NCBI GenBank assembly: GCA_000388065.2
Contig: KB932203.1
Reading direction: 5' to 3' (one strand)
From: Fonticula alba ATCC 38817
Lineage: Eukaryota > Protista > Nucleariida
Length of the DNA stretch: 64,000 nucleotides
The position numbers were made by a program, and so were the translations under genes. Numbering within the stretch: position 1 is the stretch's first letter; every line of letters begins with the position of its first letter. The notes beneath the pieces are model-generated. The model made no database searches and was not told where the DNA came from. It saw only the letters and a program-made list of their open reading frames with translations. Shown here piece after piece: positions 35,016 through 49,251 of the stretch.

Positions 35016-35112
35016 TCGCTACCCTCATGGAGATTGGTAGGCTCCCAGTGGCAAAACTGGCACCTATCACCGGACATCATCGTCTAATTAAAGGTAATCA
35101 AAGGAAAAGCGA
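35016..35112 (-). ncRNA. Candidate second box C/D snoRNA with degenerate boxes
   Basis: Stem UCGCU/AGCGA; C-like UGAUUA 35100-35095; D'-like AUGA 35080-35077; C'-like GUGAUAG 35070-35064; D-like AUGA 35028-35025. It sits ~50 nt upstream of the branch point, as does the intron-3 snoRNA. Confidence 0.4.
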
Positions 35113-35234
35113 GCTGGCTCGAGGGGGGGGGGAAAGGAGAGGAGAGGGAGATACGAACATCTTGTCGGGATGGCGGAAAAGCCAGGTGAACTTGTCCCTC
35201 GGGTCTCGATGTCCCCGGGCTCCGGGCGGTCCCC

Positions 35235-35241
35235 TTTTATA
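35235..35241 (-). promoter_or_regulatory. TATA box (TATAAAA) of the putative snoRNA host
   Basis: Consensus TATAAAAG in otherwise very GC-rich DNA, ~85 nt upstream of the first inferred donor. Confidence 0.5.
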
Positions 35242-35558
35242 CCTCTCTTGCCCGTGTGCGGCGGGATCCCCCGGTGGCGACGCCGATGCCTCGATTCCGG
35301 CCAGCACATGGGGCACGGATGCCACCCGCCGCTGCTGTCGGCGGAGACGACCATACCTCGCCGCCCGCGCCCCTCCACACCCACTGCGCAGGGTGTACGA
35401 GGGGGGGGGGGCGAGAGTTCCGGCGAAAAAGGGTCGGCTCGTGGGCAGCTCGCCGGACCGGGGATGCTTCCAGCTCGCCGACGGACCTGTTTTCCGTCGG
35501 AAGAAGAAGATGCTATATAGTCGGTGGGGAGTGGGGGTGTGGCATGGGCGACTGCCCG

Positions 35559-35559
<1 letters not shown>

Positions 35560-35652
<93 letters not shown>
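35560..35652. repeat. (CA)n microsatellite, ~46 units
   Basis: Read directly; the longest perfect dinucleotide run in the window. Confidence 0.97.
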
Positions 35653-35654
<2 letters not shown>

Positions 35655-36692
35655 CTAACACGCTCACACGGGGGGCGGATATGCGCACCCCCTGGCCTAC
35701 ACATGCGGGGATGGCCGGGCCTCTCGTCCGGCTGGCCCCCCTCGTGCAACAGGAAGGGAGTGACCCACCACTTTCCTTGCTGCCCGGGGCACGACCAAGC
35801 AAACAGGGTGGGTGCCACAACCCTGCACCATCGGCGGGCGGAATCGCGTTCCCTTTGGGGTATTTTAAACAACATTCTCGTCCCTCCGTGGCCCCACATC
35901 ACCCTATTCGTGGTCGTGTGATCATGCGGGCAGGCGACCGCCGCGATGTCTCCGAGCAGGGCGGCAGGCGGGCGTATGCCAGCCGCACAAGACCAGCACG
36001 CTGGTGGGCGGGCACCGAGCGGAACTTGCCCGCCCCTCGGACGGAGGGGGGGGGGGGGGGGGGGAGGGCGGGGCCTATGCAGCTACACCCCAACAAGAAA
36101 GCCCAGGGCAGCCCAGTGGATGTTCTCCTGTTCGATGAGAGAACGGGCGGGAGCCGGCTGCTGGGCAGAAAACAATGCGCCAGGCTGCAGGGTTCGGGGG
36201 AGCAGCCCAACAAAAGAACTACCCTCGGCCGGGGGGGGGGGATCCACGAGAGGATGGGGCACTGCCGCGGTGCGCATGGGTAATGTTGGCTCTCTTGACG
36301 CCCAGACCAAGAGCTGGACCGAGAGGAAACCCGGCTCTTACAAGGGGGCGTGTGCCCGGGTCCTCCGTGCCCGGGCCTGCTTCCTCACCAGGTCCCAGCT
36401 GATGGAGGGGGGGGGGGGGGGCGGGGGGGAGGAGGCAGGCGGGGAACGGGGGGCCGGCCCCGCTGGAGGGGCCGGCTCCGCTGGGTTGGTCCTCCTCCTC
36501 CCATCCCCTCGGAGGGGCCAGCGGAAGCCAGTGGTCGAGATGGTTTTTGCGCCACCGCCGGCAGAAGCCGGGGCCCCTCTGCGCGGGGCGCCTCCCGACA
36601 CAGCCTGGGTAGACAGTGACTCGCTCTCGCCAACTACTCATCTCCCTCCTCCTCCTCCTCCTCCCCCTCCTGCTCCTGCTCCTTTGTGCACC

Positions 36693-37488
36693 ATGTTCCT
36701 CCGCCGCGCCCTTGTTTCCGCCAACACCCTTGCCGCCCCGCTGCGCGGCGCCAAGCCCGCCCTGCGCTACGTCTCGGCCCCGAACCCCCCTGCCCTGCCG
36801 GCCCACTCTCCCCAGGCCCTCGAGTCTATGTTCCAGGTGCGAGATCAATGCGTCCGCAAGCACGGGAAGGAAGCGGGAGAGAGTGAGGGCATGCGCGCCC
36901 TGGATGACGCTTCTCTCCTCCCGCGAGGAATGCCCGCTGACCGAATCATCTTCTCTCCCTGCGGCGACTCCTTCATGGCGCCGATGTGGTGGCTTGACGG
37001 CCTCCCATTGGCCGCGCCCTCTCCTGCCCTCCCTCCCCACCTTGCACCTCCTTCGTGGGATGCTTGCCTGGCACTGTGCATGCCCGTTCGCGTGTGGCTC
37101 CCTTCGCCGCATTCAGAAGGTGCGCATGCATCCCGCCTTGTGCACAGTTGCCTTGGTTTCCTGCGACCGACACCTTTCTCACATCCTCCTCCTCCCCCTC
37201 CCTCGCTCGCCGGCGCCCAGTTCGAGCAGACCAACAAGACCCCCATGGCCTCCCTGGTCCTTTACTTCACCGTGGCCTTCATCCCCCTGGCCTGCACCGT
37301 GCCCAACCTTCAGTGCGCCCCCCTTCGCTTCCCATTTCCAGGTTGCCAGTTAACTTGCGCGGGCCCTGGCCTGCCCCTCAGAAGCTAACAACCCACACAC
37401 ACACGCACACACACAACTCGCCAGCAACTCCCACTACTTCGGCATGCACCTCCGTGGCCGCCTTGCCGAGGCCAACGCCTCCTACTAA
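36693..37488 (+). CDS. ~100-aa mitochondrion-targeted single-TM protein (possibly COX7C/Cox8-like)
   Basis: Exons 36693-36836, (37117-37119), 37221-37312 and 37425-37488. Arg-rich presequence MFLRRALVSANTLAAPLRGAKPALR, then NKTPMASLVLYFTVAFIPLACTV (one TM segment). Highly biased codon usage. Confidence 0.7.
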
Positions 37489-39831
37489 GGTGCCGGTGGT
37501 GCTCTCCCTCTTTCCCTCGGGCAAAGCGCCCCGTCTTCCGGGGGCGATAGAATGAGCGGGAGAAAGAGAAAGAGACGCGACCCAAAGAAGGGGAGGCCGC
37601 CACGGCCAGACCGGTGCGTGAGCACCGCCAACAGGACAGGGGTAGACCCCTGTTCGGTGTGCTGCGCACACGTCGCTCTCGTCCCGGGGCCAATACAGAT
37701 CTCCCCAAGTGCATCCCTCCTCGGCATGCATCCCCTCCGCCGGTGGTGAAGGAGGACCAGGCGAGGACGGTGCACCCTCCCTCATGGCTTCTCTCGCCAG
37801 TACCAGAACATCCCCGCCCCGCCCCCCCCCCCTGTACAACATTGCTTCAGTTTTCCTGTCTCCTTCACCCGTCCCTGGGCCCGTGTGTGTGTGTGTGTGC
37901 AAAGAGCGTTTCTACCTCCCCCATCCGCTGACAAGGTAGAACGGAGTCGTGAGTGTCTGTGTCTGTGTCTGTGTCTGTGTGTGAGAGAGAGAGTGTGTGT
38001 GTGTGTGTGTAGCAATTCGACATCTTGCCGGAGGTGCCCTTCGAGGAGAGAGGCGATCGAAGGGGGGGGGGGCATCGAAATCGGCTGTCCCTCTGCTCTA
38101 TGCTGTGCCCGGGGATATAGTTGAACATGCCGGGCAGGCCAGACACGAGAGAGGGAGAGAGAGAGAGAAAGAAAGAGAAAGACGGAGGGTGGGGGGAGGA
38201 TGGGCTTTTGGCGGGAACCCATACTCTGGCCGGAGGATTGTCATCTCCCTTGCCATGGCTGCTGCCACCGGGCGGGGGTGGGTGCCCTCCCGGTGGCACT
38301 TGGCGCCCGGGGATGAAAGCTGCAGAAAAGAGCGCGGGGGGGGCGGCACATCCGGCACGGGCCGGCATTGCACACTCGGGGGCCGGATGCCTCAGGGTCC
38401 GTCCTGAACCGGCCGCACTCGCCCCCCTCCCCCTGGGGCGGAGGCCGGGTGCCGAGGGTTTCACCAGGACGCCGGGGGGCCCGGGGCCATCCAGGTACTC
38501 GCCCTAGCGGCAACAGCCGTTGAGGGAACACCAATGGAGGGCCAAATGACAGAAAGCCGCTCAGGAATATGAAAACGCACACATGCGCCACCAATGTCCC
38601 GTGTGGGAAGGACGGCGCCCGGGCGCCTGGGGGCGCTCCCTGGCGGTTTTTCCTCGCAGACACCTTTGCCCGTTTACCGCCTGGCAAGACAGCGCACGTC
38701 TCAGGACCGGAGGGGGGCGGGGGGGGGGGGCATCGCCAGTGGCCTTGCACACACAGCGTGTCCCCCCCACCCGGCCGACACACATGCGCCGGAGTGCGGT
38801 CGTGGGCGTCAGTCTGGTCGGCGACGGCGCGTCAAGCCGAGGAAGGCCGGCTTTCTTGTTGCTGGACCAAAAGGACTGCATTTAAAAAGACCGGATATAT
38901 TCACACTTTATCCAGGAGGATGTATTCGCCAGCGGAAATCCCCTTGCATGCGTATTACTCGCCAAGGGGGCGTGTGTGAGCATATCCCCGGCTTGTCGGG
39001 GGGGGGGCCGGGGGACACCTACTCCGGCGGTGCGGCGCTGTGTGCAGCATGAATTTGGGAGGGCGATTAGGCTCTATCTCTGTTGCGTCGGTCGCGGGAC
39101 GCACCGCCACTGACGCACCGAGGAGCGCATCGACTCACATGAAGATGCGCTCGTCCCCCCCTCCCCCAGGCGGCCCCCCCGGCGCCGGGGAACCCATCCC
39201 GGCCACCCAGGGGCGTCCGGTGTCTTGTCGGTTCTCTGTTGTCCCCGGCTCACCGGGGGGGGGGGGGGGGGCTTCTCCGCCGGGGTAGGAGGGTGGGGCC
39301 TTGTGCGCCGCCGTCGCAGGGCCGCGCACCGGCCCACTCCCAGGCCCAGTCCTCGCTCGCCCACGTCCGCGCCCGCGCCCACCCCGAGGGGGCGGCGACC
39401 CGCCGTTGTAGCCCAGGCCACCGGGTTCTCTCTCTTTCTCTCTCTCTCTCTCTGTCTCTCTCTCACCATCCCGCGGGCGGGGCCAATCAACTGGCGCCAA
39501 CACCGGCCCGCTTCCCCCCCCCCCCCCAGCTCCCCGCCCCCATGGGTGCGTTCCCAGGACGCTCTTTGTGTAACAGGAGGATCATGTTGACGCGGGGATT
39601 CTCCCTCTCCTTCTCGCTCTCTGTCGCCCCCCCCCCCGGGCCAGCCCTCTGTGGTTCACGCTTGACCCCCCCCCCCTCCCCGGGCGGGCAGGCGGATGCC
39701 TGTTTATTTCGGGCCCCTCCTCAGGCAACACGGTGATCCCCCCACCCCTCACGGATCCCGCCCCCTGGCCCCTCCCACTCCCCCTCCCTTCTGCCCCCTC
39801 CTCGCGCGCACTTCCCTCCACTCCCACAGCT

Positions 39832-40675
39832 ATGGCCACTAAGAACAAGTTTGATATCCTCAACACCGACGTGTACGTCCCCTCGTCCTCGTCGCCGGAT
39901 GCCACCAATGCCAACCGCCCGGCCAACTTCTCCAAGAAGCAGCAGCCCGCCAGCACTGCCAGCGGCGCGGATGACATGGCCCTGACCGAGGCCGACCAGC
40001 GCAAGCTGAAGCGCATGCAGCAGTCCATGGGCAAGGGCAAGAAGTCCGGCTCCTCGCGCAGCAGCGGCCACACCAGCCCCAAGGCCAAGAGCTCCCCGAG
40101 CCAGTCGCCGCCTGCGTCGCCGGCCGCCAAGCCCATGGCCCCGGCTACTGCCAAGGCCGCCGCCCCGGCCAAGGCCGCCACCCCGGCCAAGGCCGCCACC
40201 CCGGCCAAGGCCGCCGCCCCCGCCACCAAGGGCGTCCCCGCTGGCAAGATCGAGCTGCTGAACAACCGTGACCCCACCTCCAAGGGCGGTGTGTCCGGCT
40301 TCTTCTCGGACATTGTCTACTCCGCCTTCCACCCCGGCATCAACCCGAGCGTTCTGCTCCTGGTGAACATCACCTTCGTCCTGCTGCTGTTGTCCCTGTG
40401 CTTCCTTGGCTACGTTTGGGCCTTCAACTTCCACATCTTCTTCCTGATCGCCATGTCGATCTTCCTTTGGGCCTCTCTCATCTGGTGCGTACTGGGTTGT
40501 GGCCTTTGCCACCCATGTCCTGTTTCCTCTGCTTTTGCTAACCGCGTCTCTCTGCCTTTGCCTGTGCTTCTGTCTCTGTCTTTATCTTTATCTTTGTCTC
40601 TGTCTCTGTCTCTGTCTCTGTCTCTGTCTCTGTCTTTGCCTCTGTCTTTGTCTCTGTCTCCCGCCCTCTCCCTCT

Positions 40676-40706
<31 letters not shown>

Positions 40707-40863
40707 CCTCTCTCTCTCTCTCTCCCGCTCGACTCGTCCCCTCAGGTTCCTGAGCCAGCTCCGTGGCGCTTACATCAACGCCGATAGCGGTAGCGCCGGC
40801 CCTGAGAAGGCCTCGGGCAAGTCGTCAGCCACCGCCAAGCCGACTGCCTCCAAGCGCAAGTGA
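39832..40863 (+). CDS. PKR1: V-ATPase assembly factor Pkr1-like protein with a long basic N-terminal extension
   Basis: GFFSDIVYSAFHPGINPSVLLLVNITF..FNFHIFFLIAMSIFLWASLIW|FLSQL matches the Pkr1 pattern (SIFxPG..HF..L..GLW.S..WF). Two TM segments, one intron. Confidence 0.75.
40590..40725. repeat. (TCTCTG)n/(TC)n microsatellite in the PKR1 intron
   Basis: Read directly. Confidence 0.9.
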
Positions 40864-41552
40864 GTCCCACGCTTCCCGCCCCTCCCCCCCTCCCCCCTCC
40901 TCCTCCTCCTCCTTCTCTAGCGTGTGTATAGGCGCTCCCCCCTCTCCATCCCCCTTTGTCTTCAGCCCCAGTTCTCTTCACACTTCGCCCTCCCCCCACT
41001 CCCCTGTCTCCATCCCTGCCTATCCCGTCGGAGCCACTCCCCTCCCCCGCCAGCGTTCACAGTTACCACCCGCCCCCTCGTGTCGTCTATCGGCGGCGCG
41101 CATCACGCGGCGTGCATGTGTGGATGTCTGTGCGTAGACGTGAGAAGGGAAGCAAGAGAGCAGGCGGGCCATTTAGTGTGACAGTGCCCCATTCAAAGAA
41201 AAACAGCAGCAACAAACACCACCCTTGTCCTTGTGTCCAGGCTCCCTCCCCCCTTTTTCCGCAACACATCGGGAAGGATGTGCGGTGACCACAAAAATAG
41301 ACCTTGCATCTTTTGATGCTCGTGTGTGTGTGTGTGTGTATGCATGCGCATGTCTGCAGTTTTCTTTCACCACCGCGCGTGCACACACGCACGCACACAC
41401 ATATGCACAGGCACACGCACATGCACATGCACGCATATTCTCCCCTCTCCTGCAGATGTGTTTCTTGAAAAGGGCAGAGGCGCAAGGGAGGGGGAAGGCG
41501 GGACGCAAAAATGCAAGGCATTGCGGAAGCAGGACCCTCTTCTCTATTTGCA

Positions 41553-43199
41553 CTAGTTGTCCACCGTGAAGCGCTGACGCTTGCGCGGAGAGGTATAGGA
41601 GGCATCGAAGTGGGCCGTGGGAAGCGCGACATGCTCCCCGGGGGGGTCGCCCATGTCGTCGTCCTCCTCAGCCGAGTAGTTGAAGTCCTCGTCGGAGGGG
41701 GACCGCGAATCCCGGTCAGATACATCCCCCAGCATGGTCCCGGCAACAAACTCTGCCCGGTCACTTGCAGCCTGGGGGTTGTGCTCGTCGGCGGGCGAGT
41801 CTTCGAAGCTCAGCTCAATGTCTGATGGGTCTTCCCACCCGGCGCCGGCCGCGCCCTCGTCTGGGCTGATGGCATCATCCATACGAGGCACCGGGTGGAA
41901 TTCCGGTGTACTGGAATCGACCGCCCACTCCGCGATCGAGGGGGAGTCCTCCTGCTGTGGCGGCTGCCGCCGATGTTGTTCCTGCGCTTCCCGGGCCTCT
42001 TCCGTGCCCTGCCCCGTCCCCGACGCGACGGGGTGCCCGGTCTCGAGCTCGGACATGCTGTTCTCGGCGGCAAGCGGGTACATAGGGCTCGCCGGGGGGC
42101 GAACCGCGCGACTGGGGACGAGTGTCCCCCTGGCCTCGACAGCGGCAGCGGCAGCAGCATCAACGACAGCGCCCGACCGGGTGCCCTCCTCTTCATCATC
42201 AATCAGCGAGAGTTCAATCTCGACTCCGGGCCCGGGCGGGGTTTGCCGGATGGAGACCACCTCATCTGGCGAGGAGATGTCCACCGCCTCATTGGGTCCA
42301 GGGATGTGTGTCCCCCGCGGGCGTGGGCGCGGGCGAGGGCGTGCCACCGCCACCGCCGCAGCCGCGGCCGCCGCCGCCACCGTCGCGCTGTCATCCTCGG
42401 AGTGGTCTGTGCGGCTGCGAACGTGTGAGGCCAGCACAGTGGTGCGGGCATTGGGCGGCGCCTGGTCCAGGAACAGACGAATGCAGTTCCGATATGAAAT
42501 GGGCTCCCGGCAAATGGGGCACAGGGCCCGGGAGGTCGGGCTGGCCTGCGAGTGTCTTGGGGACGCAGCCTTCAGCAAAGCCAGCAGGCATGGCCGGCAG
42601 TAGACATGTCCACAGGGGGTGGCCATCGGCCGGCGGATGAAGGTCAAGCAAATGGAGCAATCCAACAGAAAGGCCGTCGGTCGGTCTGCCTCTTCAGCAG
42701 TCGGGGGTCTGTGGGACGAGGTTAGGAAAGGGGAAAAGGGAGAAAAAAAGAAGCCAAAACGCCCAGCCACTCAGAGACACATGTGCGGGGGCCCCTCGGG
42801 AAAGGTGGAAGCAAAGGGACGCACTTGGACGAAGCGGCCTCGGCCGCGGGAGCCATCGAAAGGCCGACATCCGCCGCCGGGGGAGAGGAGGCCGCCCCCG
42901 GGCCAGGTCGAGCTGCCCCGACATTCGGGAACGTCAGGTCGATGACCGGTGCCGGGGCCTGTCGCGAGGAGGCCGGCCCAACGCCCACACGCATGTGTGC
43001 CGGAAGATTGTTGATATCGTTTGGATTGTCCGGGGGCGTCTGCATGTGTGTGTGTGTGTGTGTGCGTGTGTGTGTAGGGTCAGTGACAGCCGCATCGACG
43101 GGGGGGCATGGCCGATGCAGGGCGCACAAAGAAACCCAGAACCGAGTAGTCCGGCGAGGGGGACCGACTCGGCTGGTGGTGGCGACGGCGGGGAGCCAT
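41553..43199 (-). CDS. C3HC4 RING E3 ligase with SIM-like motifs (STUbL-like)
   Basis: CSICLTFIRRPMATPCGHVYCRPC..LCPICR. SIM-like VIDLT, VDISS, EVVSI, IELSLID; acidic tail; C-terminal PRKRQR. Inferred exon 1 at 43199-43143. Confidence 0.8.
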
Positions 43200-44148
43200 G
43201 CCGGAGGAGGGGGGTGGAGGGAGGGGAGGTGGCAGAGGGCGTGAGACTGTCGGGGAGCAGGGGGGAGGGGGAGAGCGGGGGCCCGGGGGGGGGGGGGCGG
43301 GGGGGGTGGAGTGGGGAGGAGGGGGGTGGGGGGGTGGGGGTGGTGGTGGGGGGGGGTGGGGGGCGAGAGGCACTGCCGGGCCAGGGGGGAGGGCGAGATC
43401 TGGGGCCCGATGGGGGGGTGGTGGTGGTCGTGACGAGCGATTAGGGGCCGCGCCCTCCGCGGGTCCAAACCAGGTGGAACTTCAGTGGTGGAGAGCGATG
43501 GCGAGCGGCCGGTGGCGTGTGGATACGCGCATGCCCTTCCCAGACGTGTGCGCCCGTGCCGCAGGTCCCTCGAAGGTACACCCAGCCCCGGGGCCGGGTC
43601 GATCTTCGTCCCCGTCCTCCGTCTTCCGAAGATGGCGCTCTGTTCTCTGTGTCCCCTTAGATCGGCGCGGTCCGTTGGGACCGGGTCACACCATCTCCCG
43701 GGTCACGGAGGGGCTTTTCCGTCAAAGCCCCAGTGGCGATGCGTCTTTTGTGCGAGGAACATGTGCCCCGGGGACTCTTGTTTTGGATTGCGGACAATTC
43801 CTTTTCCGCACGGGCTGCCACCACCCAGCGGGGGGGGGGGGGGGGGGGGAGGCACCCCGGGCAGGCGAGCGTGCCCGGGGGGGGGTGTTTCCCCCCCCCC
43901 CCCCCACAAAAAGGCTAATTTCCTGGGGCCGGGGGGGGGCCAGGGGCCGCTTCCTGGGGCGTCCCCCCCCCCCCCCCCGCGTCCCCCTCACAGCTCCGAG
44001 ATCCTGCTGGGCCGCCATTTCGGCCACCGCCAGATGGCGGGGCTCCGGTCCGGGACACATCCCCTTCTCCTCGGCATCGCATGCCTCCTCCTCCTCTTTC
44101 TTCTTCTTCCTCCCCCGTTGCTCCTTCCCCCCCCCCCCCTCCTCGAGC

Positions 44149-45239
44149 ATGAGCGGCTACTACCCCGACAGTCACGAGGCTGACATCTGGGCCACGACCA
44201 CGGCCACGGCTGCGCCGCCGTACAACCCCGCCACCGACCCCAACATCAGCACCAGCGCCTTCGATCCGTATGCGGCTGATTTCAACCCGTGGCTGGGCAC
44301 CGAGCAGGCCCGGCCGGCCAGCTCGGTCTACGGCCACGATGACCTCTCCCCTTTCGACGCCTATCCCGCACAGCCACCTCCGGCGGCGCCGGTTCCCACA
44401 TCGGCGGCCAGTCCCGCTCCAGTGGCCGACCCAGGCACGCCGTACTTCCTGACGGTTGGCGCGGCGCCCGTCAGCCCCATCGCCGAGCCCGGCTACCCCG
44501 CGCAGCCCGCCCCACAGCAGCACCTCTTCATGGCCGGTACCGCTCGGTCTCCAGGTCCCGAGGTGCCGGTCGAGCCAACCCCGGCCGCGGCATCTGGCCT
44601 CACCATGGACATGGTCCTGGCCGGGCACCATGGCGGCAAGCCCCTGGAGATTGATGAGGAGGGGTGCGTCTGGGCAAATGCCATCTCCCTGCCTGCCCGC
44701 CTTTCCATGTTGCCTGGCCGCTGACACTATTTTGCCCCAATACCGCCGCCGTCGCCAAAGGTCCCCGCTGGGCGAAACCACGCAGCACCTGATTGCCATC
44801 AACCGGTCGACCAAAACCTCTCGCCTGGGCATGGAAGTTCGCGCCACCAAGCGCAAGGGCGCGCTGGTGCTGAAGGTGTGCATCTTCCCGCCGGCCTTCC
44901 TCCCTTCCCTCCATTCATCAGGCTGTGACTCACCATCCCACCTCTGTGTCTCTTTCTTCCTCTGTCTCTCTGCCTCTCTCTCTCTCTCTCCCGTCTCGCG
45001 GTACATCTGAGCAGGTCTCCAGCGGTGGTATGGCCGCCCTGAGTGGCATTCAAAAGCTGGATCGGATCATCCAGATCGACGGCCAGAGCATCGTCGGCTG
45101 GGACCATGCACGGGTGACCAGCACCCTCCGCGCTGGCAAGTTCGAGGAGCTGCTTGTTGAGCGTTGCCGGATTGAGGACGTTGCTGTCGCCCCGGCGCCC
45201 TTCTACGCCAAGGGCCAGAAGCCGCCCAAGAAGAAGTGA
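44149..45239 (+). CDS. Single-PDZ protein with a Pro/Tyr-rich N-terminus (syntenin-like features)
   Basis: RLGMEV..ALVLK|VSSGGMAALSGIQKLDRIIQIDGQSIVGWDHARVTSTLR is a PDZ fold. Two introns. Confidence 0.75.
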
Positions 45240-45628
45240 GCCCGGTCGGCATGCGCCTGCCCTTTCCTTACACATAGCTCTGCTGGCCAGCGCACGATGT
45301 GCCTTCCATTCTGTCCACCGCTCCAGTGTGATACATTCCATGTTTTCCCAAGCCACGGGCTCGGTGTCATCACCCCCCCCCCCCCCCCCCCTGCTTTGCC
45401 AAGCAGTGAGGGGTGAACAGGGGGAGGACATAAAGGTAAAGAGACCGTGGGCATGCGCCCGCGCGGTTGACAGAGAGTATATGTATATTGGGGTGACAAG
45501 GACAGCACGCGAAGGGAGAGGGGGAGAGGGGGGAGGAGAGGGGAGAAACAGATCCCGACGTGGGCATGGGGGATTGGGGGCGCGCGGCTACCCAACCCGG
45601 GGCAGAGATGGCACGCGGTGGCCAGGCA

Positions 45629-49251
<3,623 letters not shown>

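Larger units (their letters stand above)
34424..35210 (-). ncRNA. Putative non-coding spliced snoRNA host transcript (3' end undetermined)
   Basis: TATAAAA at 35241-35235. Inferred exons ~35210-35155, 34924-34913 (12 nt), 34609-34585 (25 nt), 34424 onward. Introns 1 and 3 have CTGAC branch points and pyrimidine tracts. No recognisable protein is encoded. Confidence 0.55.
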
